DNA of 64,000 nucleotides from an uncultured Gammaproteobacteria bacterium (GTDB taxonomy: Bacteria; Patescibacteriota; Patescibacteriia; Magasanikbacterales; JBBTXJ01): assembly GCA_964610305.1 (NCBI GenBank), contig CAZSVL010000006.1, positions 13,973 to 77,972 on the forward strand, read 5' to 3'. The position numbers and the translations under genes were made by a program. This document shows, piece after piece, positions 38,859-49,596 of this stretch. How positions within the stretch are numbered: position 1 is the stretch's first letter; each line of letters starts with the position of its first letter. A model generated the notes under the pieces. It saw nothing but the letters and a program-made list of their open reading frames with translations. It had not been told where the DNA came from and searched no databases.

Positions 38859-39674
38859 ATGTACAGTGCGGCTAAAGTAAAAAAATTGTGTGAAGAGCAC
38901 ATGCTGCGACCGGAAAAAGACCGGGGGCAGCATTTTTTAATTGAGGAATCTTTTGCACAGAAAATGGTAGAGGCTGCCGATGTAAAAAAAGGAGATGTGG
39001 TGGTAGAGGTGGGGCCGGGTTGGGGCGTGCTGACAGAGCAGCTTGATAAGGCTGGAGCACATATTACTGCCATTGAGATAGAGAAAAAAATGGCGGATTA
39101 TATTGCTGAGAATTTTCCTGAGGCAACAGTAATTAATCAAGATGTGCTTAAATTTTTTGGAAAAGAGCCGCGGGAAGCATATAGCGTAATAGCAAACGTT
39201 CCATATCAAATTACCGGCGCAATAATTAGAGGTTTTCTAGAAAAAACAACAAGGCCACCAGAGCAAATGGTGCTCATGATTCAAAAAGAGGTGGCGCAGC
39301 GGATCATGGCAAAACCGGGGAACATGAATTTGCTGGCACTCTCTGTGCAGTACTATGGTGATCCACAAAAACTTTTTAACGTGCCCATGAGCGCGTATTG
39401 GCCTCAACCAAAAGTAGAATCTGCCGTGATTCATATAAAAAATATTGTAAGACCTTCTCCAGAGGAGACCTGCAAGCTTTTTGCTTTGGCAAACAGAGCC
39501 TTCAAGCAAAAAAGAAAAATGCTCACCTCTACGCTTGCCGGAACTCAATTGGGAGCCGACAAAATGGCGGTGGCAAGCACGCTCAAAAGCCATAAAATAC
39601 CAGAAAATGCACGACCACAAGAGCTCTCTGTGGATCAGTGGAGATGCCTTGCCACCAGGTGTCTGCAGGTGTAG
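38859..39674 (+). CDS. rsmA: 16S rRNA dimethyltransferase RsmA/KsgA
   Basis: GQHFL, EVGPGWGVLT, ANVPYQIT, MIQKEVAQRI, WPQPKVESA. Confidence 0.95.
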   Translation: MYSAAKVKKLCEEHMLRPEKDRGQHFLIEESFAQKMVEAADVKKGDVVVEVGPGWGVLTEQLDKAGAHITAIEIEKKMADYIAENFPEATVINQDVLKFFGKEPREAYSVIANVPYQITGAIIRGFLEKTTRPPEQMVLMIQKEVAQRIMAKPGNMNLLALSVQYYGDPQKLFNVPMSAYWPQPKVESAVIHIKNIVRPSPEETCKLFALANRAFKQKRKMLTSTLAGTQLGADKMAVASTLKSHKIPENARPQELSVDQWRCLATRCLQV

Positions 39675-39741
39675 ATAACTAAGCCGGCCAGAGTGCCGGT
39701 TTTATGGTATAATAATGGTGCCAAAAGGAGGCAAAAAAATC

Positions 39742-40296
39742 ATGACTTCCCAGCAAAAAATAAGTGTGCTTGGACTGGGCGTATTTGCTATTGCTGCAAT
39801 TACGCTTGGTTTGTTGCATATAAATCAGGGAATTATTAGACCCATCACACCAGACACGGCTGATGATACGCTAGAGGTAAGCAAAGAGTTGGCAGAAGAT
39901 ACCACGTACGCTGAGCTCTCAAGCAAGGATACAGACAATGATGGCCTTAATGATTATGAAGAATTGCACGTGTTTGGAACCAGTCCATATCTTACCGATA
40001 CAGACGGTGATGATTTGGATGATGCGGTAGAGATACAATCCGGAGGAGATCCTAATTGTCCAACCGGCAGAACATGTGGGGCGGTGATAGAGGGCAGCAC
40101 ATCCGGAAATTCAGGTGTTGTAGATTCTATTGATCCGGCTGCATCCTACGGCGCTCAGGATATGGAGCCAGATACCTTAAGAAAGCTTTTGGCAGAGATG
40201 GGATTTCCCTCAGAGCAGATAACCTCTTTAAGTGATGATCAGATAGTACAAATTTTTGAGCAAGCTCTTGTGGAGCAAGAAGCGGCAAATAATTAA
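39742..40296 (+). CDS. Membrane-anchored protein with Ca-binding DxDxDG repeats
   Basis: N-terminal TM; DTDNDGLNDYEE...GTSPYLTDTDGDDLDD. Confidence 0.8.
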   Translation: MTSQQKISVLGLGVFAIAAITLGLLHINQGIIRPITPDTADDTLEVSKELAEDTTYAELSSKDTDNDGLNDYEELHVFGTSPYLTDTDGDDLDDAVEIQSGGDPNCPTGRTCGAVIEGSTSGNSGVVDSIDPAASYGAQDMEPDTLRKLLAEMGFPSEQITSLSDDQIVQIFEQALVEQEAANN

Positions 40297-40301
40297 TAAC
40301 C

Positions 40302-43300
40302 ATGCAAAAAAGGCACAAGCCACCCGTGTTTAAACGGATAATGCTGGGAATGCTCAGCGGTTTTATGGTTGTGCAGATTGGTTTTGCAGCACTCATGGTT
40401 CCGCGTGTTGCGCATGCGCAGTGGTATGTTTTTGATCCTTTTTCTGTTATCTCTGCTGCCATTGATCAGATTTCAAACGCGGCAAGAGTAGTTGATGAGG
40501 CGGTAGGTGGGGCTCTTTCTACTGCCGTACTTGGCGCTTCTCTTCATTTGGCGCAGTCATTGGCGTATGATTCTGCTCAGTGGATTGCAGATTCAGCTTG
40601 GGGTAAAGAGCCGGCATTTTTTGCCAGCAATATGGGGGATTACCTACTGGATCATGCTACAGACGGAGCCGTAGACGCACTGAACGAAATGTCAAAAGAG
40701 TGGATTGGACTGGATTTGTGTAAGCCAAAGGATCCTACGTTTAATTTGCTCATTCAGCTTGGTTTTAGAAAACATCATGATCCTAAAGTTGATTGTAGTT
40801 TTGATCAGATGAGTGATGCGTGGGATAAAAAGTGGGAGCAATTAAAAGACAAATACAATGGCTGCGCTGGCAACACCTTTGGCTCTGCCAGTGTAGATGA
40901 AAAAGCCACGGGAAGGTCTGCAAAAAAAGGCGGCAACTTGGACGAGTGTATGACCGCCATGGCTAAGACCATGTTTAAGCCAGATAATACAGAGATTGGT
41001 CTTGCCATTAATGCACGGCTAGCGATTACAAAAAAAATAAGAGCAAAAGGACAAATTGCTTTGGAAGAGAGAAAAGAAGGACAAGGGTTTAAATCCAAAA
41101 AAGGTGGCGCAGCTGGTGCCTATATTTCTAAGCCGGCTCCTCTTGTTAAAGAAGAAGGTAAAGCATCTACAAAAGTAAAACAGGAGGACAGAACCTTCCA
41201 GATGATCTCTGGTCAGCTTGGGTCTGGGTATAAGGCCGGTTTGGCTGCTATTCCTACGCTTTTTTTGAGTCAGTTGCTCAGCGCAAATGGAGAAAACTTT
41301 TTTGAATGGTTAAAGAAGCCAGGAGATCAAAAAAAGAGCGATCCGTTTGATAGATTGGCTGATATAGATGGCTTAAGTAATCCTAATTCTGGCGATGGCG
41401 GTTTTGGGTTGTCACCCCAAGCAGAGAGAGCATTTGAGACCATTGCCATAGGAGACCCTTCAACTATTGATATTATTAGCCAGTTTACAGCATGTCCCTC
41501 AGAGGATGGCACGGTTAACCGAGGACCGCATGATTGTGTGATGGATGCTAAATTTGCACAAGCAGTAAGGTTAGCTGATTCTGGCAGGGCAATTACCATA
41601 GCTGAGGCCATTGACAGAACAATGCTACAGCCGGGGTGGAGACTGATTCCACCATCAAACGTGGGCGCTAACTCAGAGGTTTCTTGCAGGAATGAAGCCT
41701 ATTGTTTTTCAAACATAGCAAAATTAAGGCAAGCGAGAATTCTGCCATTGGGTTTTGAAATAGCAGCCTCAGAATCGCCGGAGGGTAGGCACTGGACATT
41801 AAGAGAAGTGGTGGATGGTTTTTTGAGTTGTAATGGAGATGGGCGGAGGGATAACGACCATCCGTTCTGTCATTTAATTGATCCAAATTGGATTTTGAAA
41901 GCGCCACCAGCAAGATGTAACGCTACTGTTCCCGGGCCCATGCTAGAGGCATCTGACACGCTGGTGAGAAAAAATGTATGCGCTGATACCGTAACTTGTC
42001 TACAGGATGATGGTCGCGGAGCGTGCGAGAGCCCGTGGGGGTACTGTCTAAAGGAAAAAAATATTTGGAGAACAGGCGCAGATAGTTGCGCGGCACAATA
42101 TTCTAGTTGTACTACTTACACAGGTAGCAGTGCTGGCGCTCAGAATAAAGTAAGCTATCTTTCAAAAACTATAGATTTTGGCCAGTGTACCGCAGAAGAC
42201 GTGGGATGCCGTGGGTATCTGACGCATCAACTGCTGCAGGATGACGGCACTTATGGTTGGCCTTCTGTTCTAGATGAGCTGGCCGGACGTCCGATGCATT
42301 TAACGGCAAAGGCTCAAGAATGTACAGAGCCCGGGTGCACCTTGTTTACTAAAAAGGATGGCACAGAAGTGCACATCAAAAAGGCGCCTCATTATTTAGG
42401 GTGTTATGATCAGGTTGATCCAGACAGCCCAGCCAGACAAGAGGGGGATTGGCCTCAGAAAATTGCAGACTTGGCGTTGTTGAATCCTGCGGCTGAGTGC
42501 GGTCAGTACGCAGCTGTTTGTGCTGCAGAAGAAGAGGGTTGCACCAGCTACGCGCCAGAAAACGGAGATCCAACCGTGCCAGCCATTGTGGCAGAATCTG
42601 ATTACTGTTCTGATCAGTGTGTGGGTTACGATTCTTACAAACAATTAGAGACAGATTTTGACACCGCAGAATTCCCTATTCACTTTATTCCTAGCACCGC
42701 GCAACAATGTAACGGCGCGTTTGTTGGGTGTGATCAGTTTGTAAATGTAAATAGTGAGCAGTTTGAGCATTATAGTTTTGTAAAACAATGCGAGAGGCCA
42801 GAAGAAGATGATGCCAACTCTGGCGTATTTTACGCGTGGGAAGGATCAGATATTCAGGGGTACCAACTGCGGTCTTACGTTTTGAAGACCTCACTTGAGA
42901 TACCGGGAGGTGGGCAGTGGCTTATGGAGCCATATCCTATTCCTGCTTACGCAGCGGCTTATGATGAAGATCTAATGATTTCTTATCATGATGTTTGCAA
43001 TCAAGAGCTTTATGAGGCTCGTTTGGCAGATCAGGATTGTAGGGAGCTTTTTGACAGAGAGGGGCGCAAATCATACAGACTTTTGGCTCATACCATTACC
43101 GTCTCAGACCAGTGCCATCTTGTCAGAAAGACAAGTGCAGATATTATTGAATTGGGAAACGTTGTCCGTAGGCAAAATGACTGTGAGCAAGATGCAAAAG
43201 GTGTCTGGGAAGATGGGGCATGCAACGTCTGTAAAGGCGGCGGTGAAAACAGAAACGGCACCTGCATGTATTGGGTATTGCCATCAGAAGCCATAAGCTG

Positions 43301-46300
43301 CCCCGCAGAAGCCGCCGGATGCAGAAAATACACCGGAAATGCTGGCGGTAACGTAGAAGAAATTGTTCGCCACACGTTTGAAGATGTGTTGCCAGAAGAT
43401 TTGCAGGCATGGGATCAAGGAGAGGTTTCTGCTGAATCTGTCACCGTTGGCGGACACTCTTGGAAAGCTGTAAACAGAACAAATGTTGTAATACAGGCAG
43501 AAAAAGATTCAAGTTACACGTTTTCTTTCTGGGCAAAAGGTGAACCGGGTTTTGTAACATTAGAGTTTGGCGGGGTAATTGCGGATAATGTAGGCGGAGA
43601 GCCAACCGTGCAAATCGTGAATGATTGGCAACAATTTACACTTGGGCCAATTTACTTTAAAGAGGTCACAGATGTGCTCTCTAGAGCTACTGTTACTTTC
43701 AACATGAATGGCATAAGAGATGCAAATACGTTTTATGTGGATAATGTCATTATAAAAAAGACCATCGCGCACACCACCTTGGTAAAAGACAGCTGGTCCA
43801 CTCCCCTTGCGTGTGATAATAATCCGCAAGATAATTTGCCAGGAGAGGCGCTTGGTTGCAAGGCATATAGAAGCAGTGCTGGTGCCCGCGTGGCGCTTAA
43901 ATCTTTCTCTAATTTGTGTAGAGCAGAGGCAGTAGGATGCGAGAGATTGGTAAATACGCACAACTCTTCTCAATCAGAAGGAAAAACCGTTGGCATGGAG
44001 TGTGGCATGTTCATTGAGGGTCTTGTGGAAGATAGAATACACCCAGACAGCAGAGAGTGTTTTGCAGATATTGATTTAGATGGGGATGGTAGCATTGATA
44101 ATCAAGAGGCGGTGTGTACTGTTCCTGTTGGAGAAGACACATGCTTCTTTGAGATGCCTCGCGCTATAGATTATGACAACAATGATAAAGATATTTACCG
44201 CTCCGGAAGTTCTGTATTTGTGGTACCTGCAGACAGTCTGGCTTACTTGGTGAATAAAGCGGAACATCGCTGCAGTCCAGATCAGATTGGTTGTATGGCA
44301 TTGGGAGAGGTAACGGGAGAGCGCAGCGAGGATAACAGACGCGTCATAAACACCGTCAATAAAATTGTTGTTCCAGATCAGTTTGACAGCATAATGTGTA
44401 ACGCCTCTCTTGTTGGTTGTGAGGCTTATAATGTGAAAAGTTTGGCAGATCAGAGTAACAGAACGGTTTATTTTAAAGATCCGGTAGCGGCTGGAAGGGG
44501 TGTGTGCGAATACAAAAAAGATGTAGACGCCACACTAAGAAATGGCGATGTGGTAACCGGTGCCAGTGGTTGGTTTGTGGCAGGAAGTGATCCTCTCAGG
44601 CCATGTGAAGAAAGGCTACGCAAAATAAATGACTTTCAGTTGCCGAGCCAAGGAGATGCTTTATATGAGTTTGCTCTTGCTCAAGTAGGCGTCTGTCCTG
44701 CTACCGCAAATTCTTGTACAGAGATGGTTGATCCAGCGGATACATCTCAAACGCATCCAGACGGTAAGCCATATTTTGTTTTGGATAACGGAAAGTTGGA
44801 TAAGACAAGTTGTAACAATAAAGCAAGTCTGAAAGAAGGGTGTGTGTTGTTTGATGACAGATCAGTGCCAAACAAGAAGTATCAGGTGGGACAGACCTAT
44901 GATTTAAGTGCTGCTAATGATAATGCGCTTGTAGAACCTGTGTTTATTGGGGCAATTCCTCCTTTTACGTGCAGGGATGATGAGTGTGTAGAAATTCTAG
45001 ATACTCACGAGTCCGTATCTCACCCTGGATTTATCGGTGAGCTTGTGTACCAGGCGCCCCAAGGATCATATTCGTTGATAGATGACGGGCTTTTTGGTGT
45101 CCGTACTTTTACGGTTCTAGACTCATGTAATGCTGGTTTTGCAATGCATACAACTCCAGGCAATACCTATACCGACAATAAGAGGGTGATACACAATGTT
45201 GAAGAAGATCTTTCATTTAGAATTTGTATACCAGAAGATTTGGTTAATACCGATGTAGCAAATACTATTGTTAAGGTGAGTAGAGATAGGGCGTGTTCTG
45301 AGTGGTTGTATTGCCAGTCCCATATGACAGTTACGGACCCTAGTACAAATCAAAAGAAAAATGTTTGTGGATCTGTAGGTGTTTGTGATTCATTTGGGGA
45401 TGTCATAGATGGGATTGCTACCTGTAAGAATGTTGTTGCTAATCCAGGATTTTCAGGAGAAAAATTAACCAAGGCGGCTTACGCAGAGCGTTCGGTTGGT
45501 TGGTATGACGAGGAGTTTACCGGTCATTCGCTCTACAATAAGTATCAAATTTATGACTATACGTTTGTTAAAAGTGATGTGGAGGGTGTGGGCAAAGGAA
45601 GGACTTATTTGGTGAGTATGCCATATGATAGGGAGGCTGCGGCTCTTGCTTGTGAAAATGATGGCGGAATTGATGATGACGGAAGCAATTGTAGGGTTAA
45701 TCGTTCACCGGGTACTTGCATAGCAGGTTTGTGCGTACAAAAGCTTGGCGGCGGGCCAATTGTTTTGGCTGATGCGGGAGAGCAAGCACTGGCGTGCAGA
45801 GGATATGCACACTCGCAAGCGCCATTTACTTTTTCTGGTAAGGATATTACATGGGTTGAGACTGCGGCTAATGGAGACCAAGATGATCAGCAAAAAGTAG
45901 ACGCTACTGCAATAATGCAGTCATTAAATATAAGCGGCTTTGATAACGCAGCCATATGCCAGAAAGGCGATGAATGCGTATGTTCTTACAAAAAAGTGGA
46001 GTATGGAGATGGAAGAGAACAACGTTATTTTGATGTTAATCGGCAAGGAATTCCAAAAGGCGTTTGTGGCGGTGGCTTTACCGCAGGAGTAAACTCCAAA
46101 TCTAAAAAGGGGAGAGCGTGCGATACCCCGGTAGATTGCAGGGATGACAGATATGGTGATAATGACTCCCCTGAAGCTTTAAGAAATAGACGGGATGGCG
46201 ACTGTTTATATAAAACCAATGTGGCAACCTTTAATGGCTGGAGCGGCTTTTGCATAGATCAAGATCAGAGTGTTGAAACGCCGGGCAGTGGTTCAGAAGG

Positions 46301-48494
46301 TAAAGCATGCCAGACGTGGATGCCTTTAGATGTGGTGCCAGGATCAAATAGCATATTTAATCAGTATGTAGAGGCGGGTTATCAGGTTGAAGATCCGGTT
46401 GAAACAACAAGGTATTGCTTGGAAGCAGAAGGCAACGCGCGGAATGCCGGAAATGGTTCTTCTTATAGATACGCGAACGAATTGGATATGTCATGGAGTG
46501 GATACACTAGATTTAGCTACACTGAACGTGATCTTTTTTCCAGATCGCAACGTAAAGATGGGGATTTAAGATTTGAAGAGATTGATTACATAGAGTTTGA
46601 TTGGAAAACTTCTGACAACATGGTTGTTAGGGCTGGTAAGACGCGTCTTGTTAATGATGGGCAAGAAACGGAGTCTGAGGCATACGGCATGTTGCCAAGC
46701 AAACCACGCATCTTTGCTCATTCTAGGCAACGATGTAAGGAGGCGGCATGGATGTCTGGTATAACTACAGGTATTAACAGTAATGAAGACAGGTATACAT
46801 GTGTGACAGCCGATGAGTTTGCAGAAGTACAACCATCTGCACGCGTTAGAGATATGCTTGATCCCGGTGACGCACTGGTTACAATGTTTAGAAGAGATGG
46901 CGCAAGAATACGCGGCTTGGTGCTCATGAGTGATGGTCAGACAGATAGTGACGCGGCATGTTTTCAATATGGCATGCAGGCAGATGTTGATTGCAATGTT
47001 TTTGTAGAGGCTGCAAGAAACACGCAACCCGATCCAGATAGTGGCTGCAACGCACGGCTTGGCTATATTGGAAGTTTTTGTGATGACAAAGATAGTGGTG
47101 ATAGCGGAGACGGGGCTTGGATAGTAATTAATTTTGACGATCAGCACAGATTGGAATCTGAGGTTGTAACCACTTTGGTAAACAGAAATGAGAATGGTGG
47201 AGCAAGCGACGGTTTTGTGGGCGCTACAGCAATTGGATTTGATAGTATAACCGTGGCAAGAAGAGAAGTGTGTAAAACAATTGTTGACATTGCAAATGAA
47301 GAAGAGACGGTGGTGCAAACCAATAGATTATGGAAAGCACAACCTTTGGCAGGCAAAATTGAAGGGGATTACCGCGTGGTTCTTTCTCCTGGCTATAATG
47401 CAAGATGGAATGATTCTAATAAGCCTTTTGCCGGCCTACAAAGTGGCGCAAGCTTAAGTACGGATACTGAGTATTTGCGAGGAACTTACGACGAGGGCTA
47501 TGATTCTGGTGCGGCTAGTTATTCTTGCGCCCGTGGACGATGTGGTCCTTCAGAATCTAACGCTCAGCGTCATACAAAAACGACCCTGCAGGCAGGAATA
47601 CAGGTAATGTCTGAGCTTTTTGGTAAGGTATTTAACGCTTGGTCGCTAAATTCAAATAAGATAGGGTATGATGAATTACTTGACGGCGGGCATTGTGGCG
47701 CAGCGGCGTGCTATGATCAGACTAATGCTAGAGCAAACGCAAAGCCACCTGCGATTGCAAGTGTGAGTGATGATTGCACAGAAGTTTCATGTGGTCTAGG
47801 TAGGGTAGGAAGAATGACAGCAAATGGTAAAGATAGTGGTTATATTTTTGGCAACGGTGTGGCAACGGTTCAGCTGCAATTCTATGCGTGGGCAGATACT
47901 GATAGAATGCCAATTAAAAATGTTTCCGTTTATTGGGGGACAGAGGAAATATTAAAGTCTGGCGGTAATGAAGGCAAGTACAAGAATAGAAAGCCATACT
48001 GTCAGGAAGAAGAAAATACTGGTATAACAACGTGCGCTGGTAATATTGAAGAAACGGCTGGTATAAACATCACCTGCTCAACTCCAGAGGAGTGTTCTGA
48101 TAACGGCGCTGGTGAATGCAGGGGTAGTAGATTAAGTTTTGGTAATACGCCAGACGCGTGTGACACTGGTTTTTATCAGTATCAAGCTACCTATGTCTTT
48201 AGTGAAGATGATCCTGCGTGTCAGAATACTTTTGGCAGTGGCAGTGTTCCCTCTGGTGTAGACGTGGAGAGGGTACGCAGACTTGGATTGACTCCGGGCG
48301 ATAAGTATTGTGCCTTTAAACCACGGGCCATTGTTCAGGATAATTGGGGTTGGTGTAATACGGTTGACAACGCCGGAGCATGGGGAGACTTAAGTGGGGA
48401 TGCAGACGCCGCGAATAGGTGTGATAGACCATCTGATAATGATAATGTTGGAACACCTTATACTGATTGGATAATTGTAGCCGAATCGAAATAG
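40302..48494 (+). CDS. Giant Cys-rich secreted protein (2730 aa) with a CBM-like beta-sandwich
   Basis: Signal ending AHA. Many C....VGC units. YTFSFWAKG...WQQFTLGP...FYVDNV resembles a carbohydrate-binding module. Confidence 0.88.
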   Translation: MQKRHKPPVFKRIMLGMLSGFMVVQIGFAALMVPRVAHAQWYVFDPFSVISAAIDQISNAARVVDEAVGGALSTAVLGASLHLAQSLAYDSAQWIADSAWGKEPAFFASNMGDYLLDHATDGAVDALNEMSKEWIGLDLCKPKDPTFNLLIQLGFRKHHDPKVDCSFDQMSDAWDKKWEQLKDKYNGCAGNTFGSASVDEKATGRSAKKGGNLDECMTAMAKTMFKPDNTEIGLAINARLAITKKIRAKGQIALEERKEGQGFKSKKGGAAGAYISKPAPLVKEEGKASTKVKQEDRTFQMISGQLGSGYKAGLAAIPTLFLSQLLSANGENFFEWLKKPGDQKKSDPFDRLADIDGLSNPNSGDGGFGLSPQAERAFETIAIGDPSTIDIISQFTACPSEDGTVNRGPHDCVMDAKFAQAVRLADSGRAITIAEAIDRTMLQPGWRLIPPSNVGANSEVSCRNEAYCFSNIAKLRQARILPLGFEIAASESPEGRHWTLREVVDGFLSCNGDGRRDNDHPFCHLIDPNWILKAPPARCNATVPGPMLEASDTLVRKNVCADTVTCLQDDGRGACESPWGYCLKEKNIWRTGADSCAAQYSSCTTYTGSSAGAQNKVSYLSKTIDFGQCTAEDVGCRGYLTHQLLQDDGTYGWPSVLDELAGRPMHLTAKAQECTEPGCTLFTKKDGTEVHIKKAPHYLGCYDQVDPDSPARQEGDWPQKIADLALLNPAAECGQYAAVCAAEEEGCTSYAPENGDPTVPAIVAESDYCSDQCVGYDSYKQLETDFDTAEFPIHFIPSTAQQCNGAFVGCDQFVNVNSEQFEHYSFVKQCERPEEDDANSGVFYAWEGSDIQGYQLRSYVLKTSLEIPGGGQWLMEPYPIPAYAAAYDEDLMISYHDVCNQELYEARLADQDCRELFDREGRKSYRLLAHTITVSDQCHLVRKTSADIIELGNVVRRQNDCEQDAKGVWEDGACNVCKGGGENRNGTCMYWVLPSEAISCPAEAAGCRKYTGNAGGNVEEIVRHTFEDVLPEDLQAWDQGEVSAESVTVGGHSWKAVNRTNVVIQAEKDSSYTFSFWAKGEPGFVTLEFGGVIADNVGGEPTVQIVNDWQQFTLGPIYFKEVTDVLSRATVTFNMNGIRDANTFYVDNVIIKKTIAHTTLVKDSWSTPLACDNNPQDNLPGEALGCKAYRSSAGARVALKSFSNLCRAEAVGCERLVNTHNSSQSEGKTVGMECGMFIEGLVEDRIHPDSRECFADIDLDGDGSIDNQEAVCTVPVGEDTCFFEMPRAIDYDNNDKDIYRSGSSVFVVPADSLAYLVNKAEHRCSPDQIGCMALGEVTGERSEDNRRVINTVNKIVVPDQFDSIMCNASLVGCEAYNVKSLADQSNRTVYFKDPVAAGRGVCEYKKDVDATLRNGDVVTGASGWFVAGSDPLRPCEERLRKINDFQLPSQGDALYEFALAQVGVCPATANSCTEMVDPADTSQTHPDGKPYFVLDNGKLDKTSCNNKASLKEGCVLFDDRSVPNKKYQVGQTYDLSAANDNALVEPVFIGAIPPFTCRDDECVEILDTHESVSHPGFIGELVYQAPQGSYSLIDDGLFGVRTFTVLDSCNAGFAMHTTPGNTYTDNKRVIHNVEEDLSFRICIPEDLVNTDVANTIVKVSRDRACSEWLYCQSHMTVTDPSTNQKKNVCGSVGVCDSFGDVIDGIATCKNVVANPGFSGEKLTKAAYAERSVGWYDEEFTGHSLYNKYQIYDYTFVKSDVEGVGKGRTYLVSMPYDREAAALACENDGGIDDDGSNCRVNRSPGTCIAGLCVQKLGGGPIVLADAGEQALACRGYAHSQAPFTFSGKDITWVETAANGDQDDQQKVDATAIMQSLNISGFDNAAICQKGDECVCSYKKVEYGDGREQRYFDVNRQGIPKGVCGGGFTAGVNSKSKKGRACDTPVDCRDDRYGDNDSPEALRNRRDGDCLYKTNVATFNGWSGFCIDQDQSVETPGSGSEGKACQTWMPLDVVPGSNSIFNQYVEAGYQVEDPVETTRYCLEAEGNARNAGNGSSYRYANELDMSWSGYTRFSYTERDLFSRSQRKDGDLRFEEIDYIEFDWKTSDNMVVRAGKTRLVNDGQETESEAYGMLPSKPRIFAHSRQRCKEAAWMSGITTGINSNEDRYTCVTADEFAEVQPSARVRDMLDPGDALVTMFRRDGARIRGLVLMSDGQTDSDAACFQYGMQADVDCNVFVEAARNTQPDPDSGCNARLGYIGSFCDDKDSGDSGDGAWIVINFDDQHRLESEVVTTLVNRNENGGASDGFVGATAIGFDSITVARREVCKTIVDIANEEETVVQTNRLWKAQPLAGKIEGDYRVVLSPGYNARWNDSNKPFAGLQSGASLSTDTEYLRGTYDEGYDSGAASYSCARGRCGPSESNAQRHTKTTLQAGIQVMSELFGKVFNAWSLNSNKIGYDELLDGGHCGAAACYDQTNARANAKPPAIASVSDDCTEVSCGLGRVGRMTANGKDSGYIFGNGVATVQLQFYAWADTDRMPIKNVSVYWGTEEILKSGGNEGKYKNRKPYCQEEENTGITTCAGNIEETAGINITCSTPEECSDNGAGECRGSRLSFGNTPDACDTGFYQYQATYVFSEDDPACQNTFGSGSVPSGVDVERVRRLGLTPGDKYCAFKPRAIVQDNWGWCNTVDNAGAWGDLSGDADAANRCDRPSDNDNVGTPYTDWIIVAESK

Positions 48495-48566
48495 GAAATA
48501 AAACATCCGCGATAATCGGGTGTTTTTTTATACAAAAAAGGCGACACGGGGGTCGCCATACAGAAG

Positions 48567-49496
48567 CTAACGAGTCATTGTAAATTTGCAGAAAACGCGA
48601 AAAAAACTCCGTGGTTCAGTGCTGCTATCAAGGTAGTCGCCTTCACACGTACCGGTGATAGTATTTTTGTCTGCAGAGAGTGTTCCTGAGAAGAGCAGCT
48701 GGTGATCGGGGTCATCTCTGTCGCCCACATGAGATCTGTGAAAAAACCCGTTTGGTTGGGGATCTACCCGGCCGTTTCCTCCACGAAATCCATGAAGTGC
48801 GGAGGCACCACTCGTTTTCACATAGAAAGAGCATCCTTCTTGCCTGATGACTCTCTCGTTTTCTCTCCACATGTCCCGATCGTAGCGATGCTGCATCATA
48901 TCGTAATCATAGTCAACGGGAGTGACATCGGAATACGTGATATTCCACGTACCATCAAACAAGGGATCGGCTCCATTACAGCCCCAGCTTTCATCTACGC
49001 TGCCGTTGCAGTTGTCATCCACCTCATTGCCGTATTTTTCTTCAAGAGCTGGGATATCAGGATCTTTATCATTGCAGTCAAGACCGCCGCATTCAATGGC
49101 AGATTCGCCATCACGGTCATAATCTAGCGGCTGAAACAGGCACGTGCCGGAGTCATGATCGCACAGGCCATCCTTGCAGGGATCCGTATTTTGGCATGAG
49201 AAATCGCCGGCACATGGAACGTCACTGCGCTCTACCTTATCTCCGGTCCACCAGGGATCAATTTCCTGAGGATCGTCACTATTTTCACTTCCTGCATCCG
49301 CATCTTCATTCTTCACGCAGGTTTTTGAATCAAAGCAGGTGTAATCTTGCGGACAGCTTTTATTGCTGCAGTCAAGATCGTGGCCGTCAGGTCCGCTACC
49401 TTCACCATGCGTTCCACCGGGTGCCGCCTCATCGCCGCCACAGGAAACCAGCAGACTCATCATCAAAAGAGCAATAGTGCTTTGCAAAATTCTCAT
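48567..49496 (-). CDS. Cys-rich lipoprotein with MopE-related putative metal-binding repeat
   Basis: LVSC lipobox, DCNDKDPDI...DDNCNGSVDE, GGAGG RBS. Confidence 0.8.
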   Translation of the reverse strand: MRILQSTIALLMMSLLVSCGGDEAAPGGTHGEGSGPDGHDLDCSNKSCPQDYTCFDSKTCVKNEDADAGSENSDDPQEIDPWWTGDKVERSDVPCAGDFSCQNTDPCKDGLCDHDSGTCLFQPLDYDRDGESAIECGGLDCNDKDPDIPALEEKYGNEVDDNCNGSVDESWGCNGADPLFDGTWNITYSDVTPVDYDYDMMQHRYDRDMWRENERVIRQEGCSFYVKTSGASALHGFRGGNGRVDPQPNGFFHRSHVGDRDDPDHQLLFSGTLSADKNTITGTCEGDYLDSSTEPRSFFRVFCKFTMTR

Positions 49497-49596
49497 GTAT
49501 CCTCCGTTTTTTTGCTAAGCTGAGTTGTTTTTTATCGCTACCATACTAGCGTAGCATGTTTTTTTAGCACGAATCAAGAAATTTGTCAATAGTAAT

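Noticed and set aside
46566-47318. 250-aa antisense ORF, and similar shadows at 1534-2187, 4730-5362, 10939-11538 and 59449-60066
   Set aside because: Fully inside long, well-supported genes, with no RBS or motifs.
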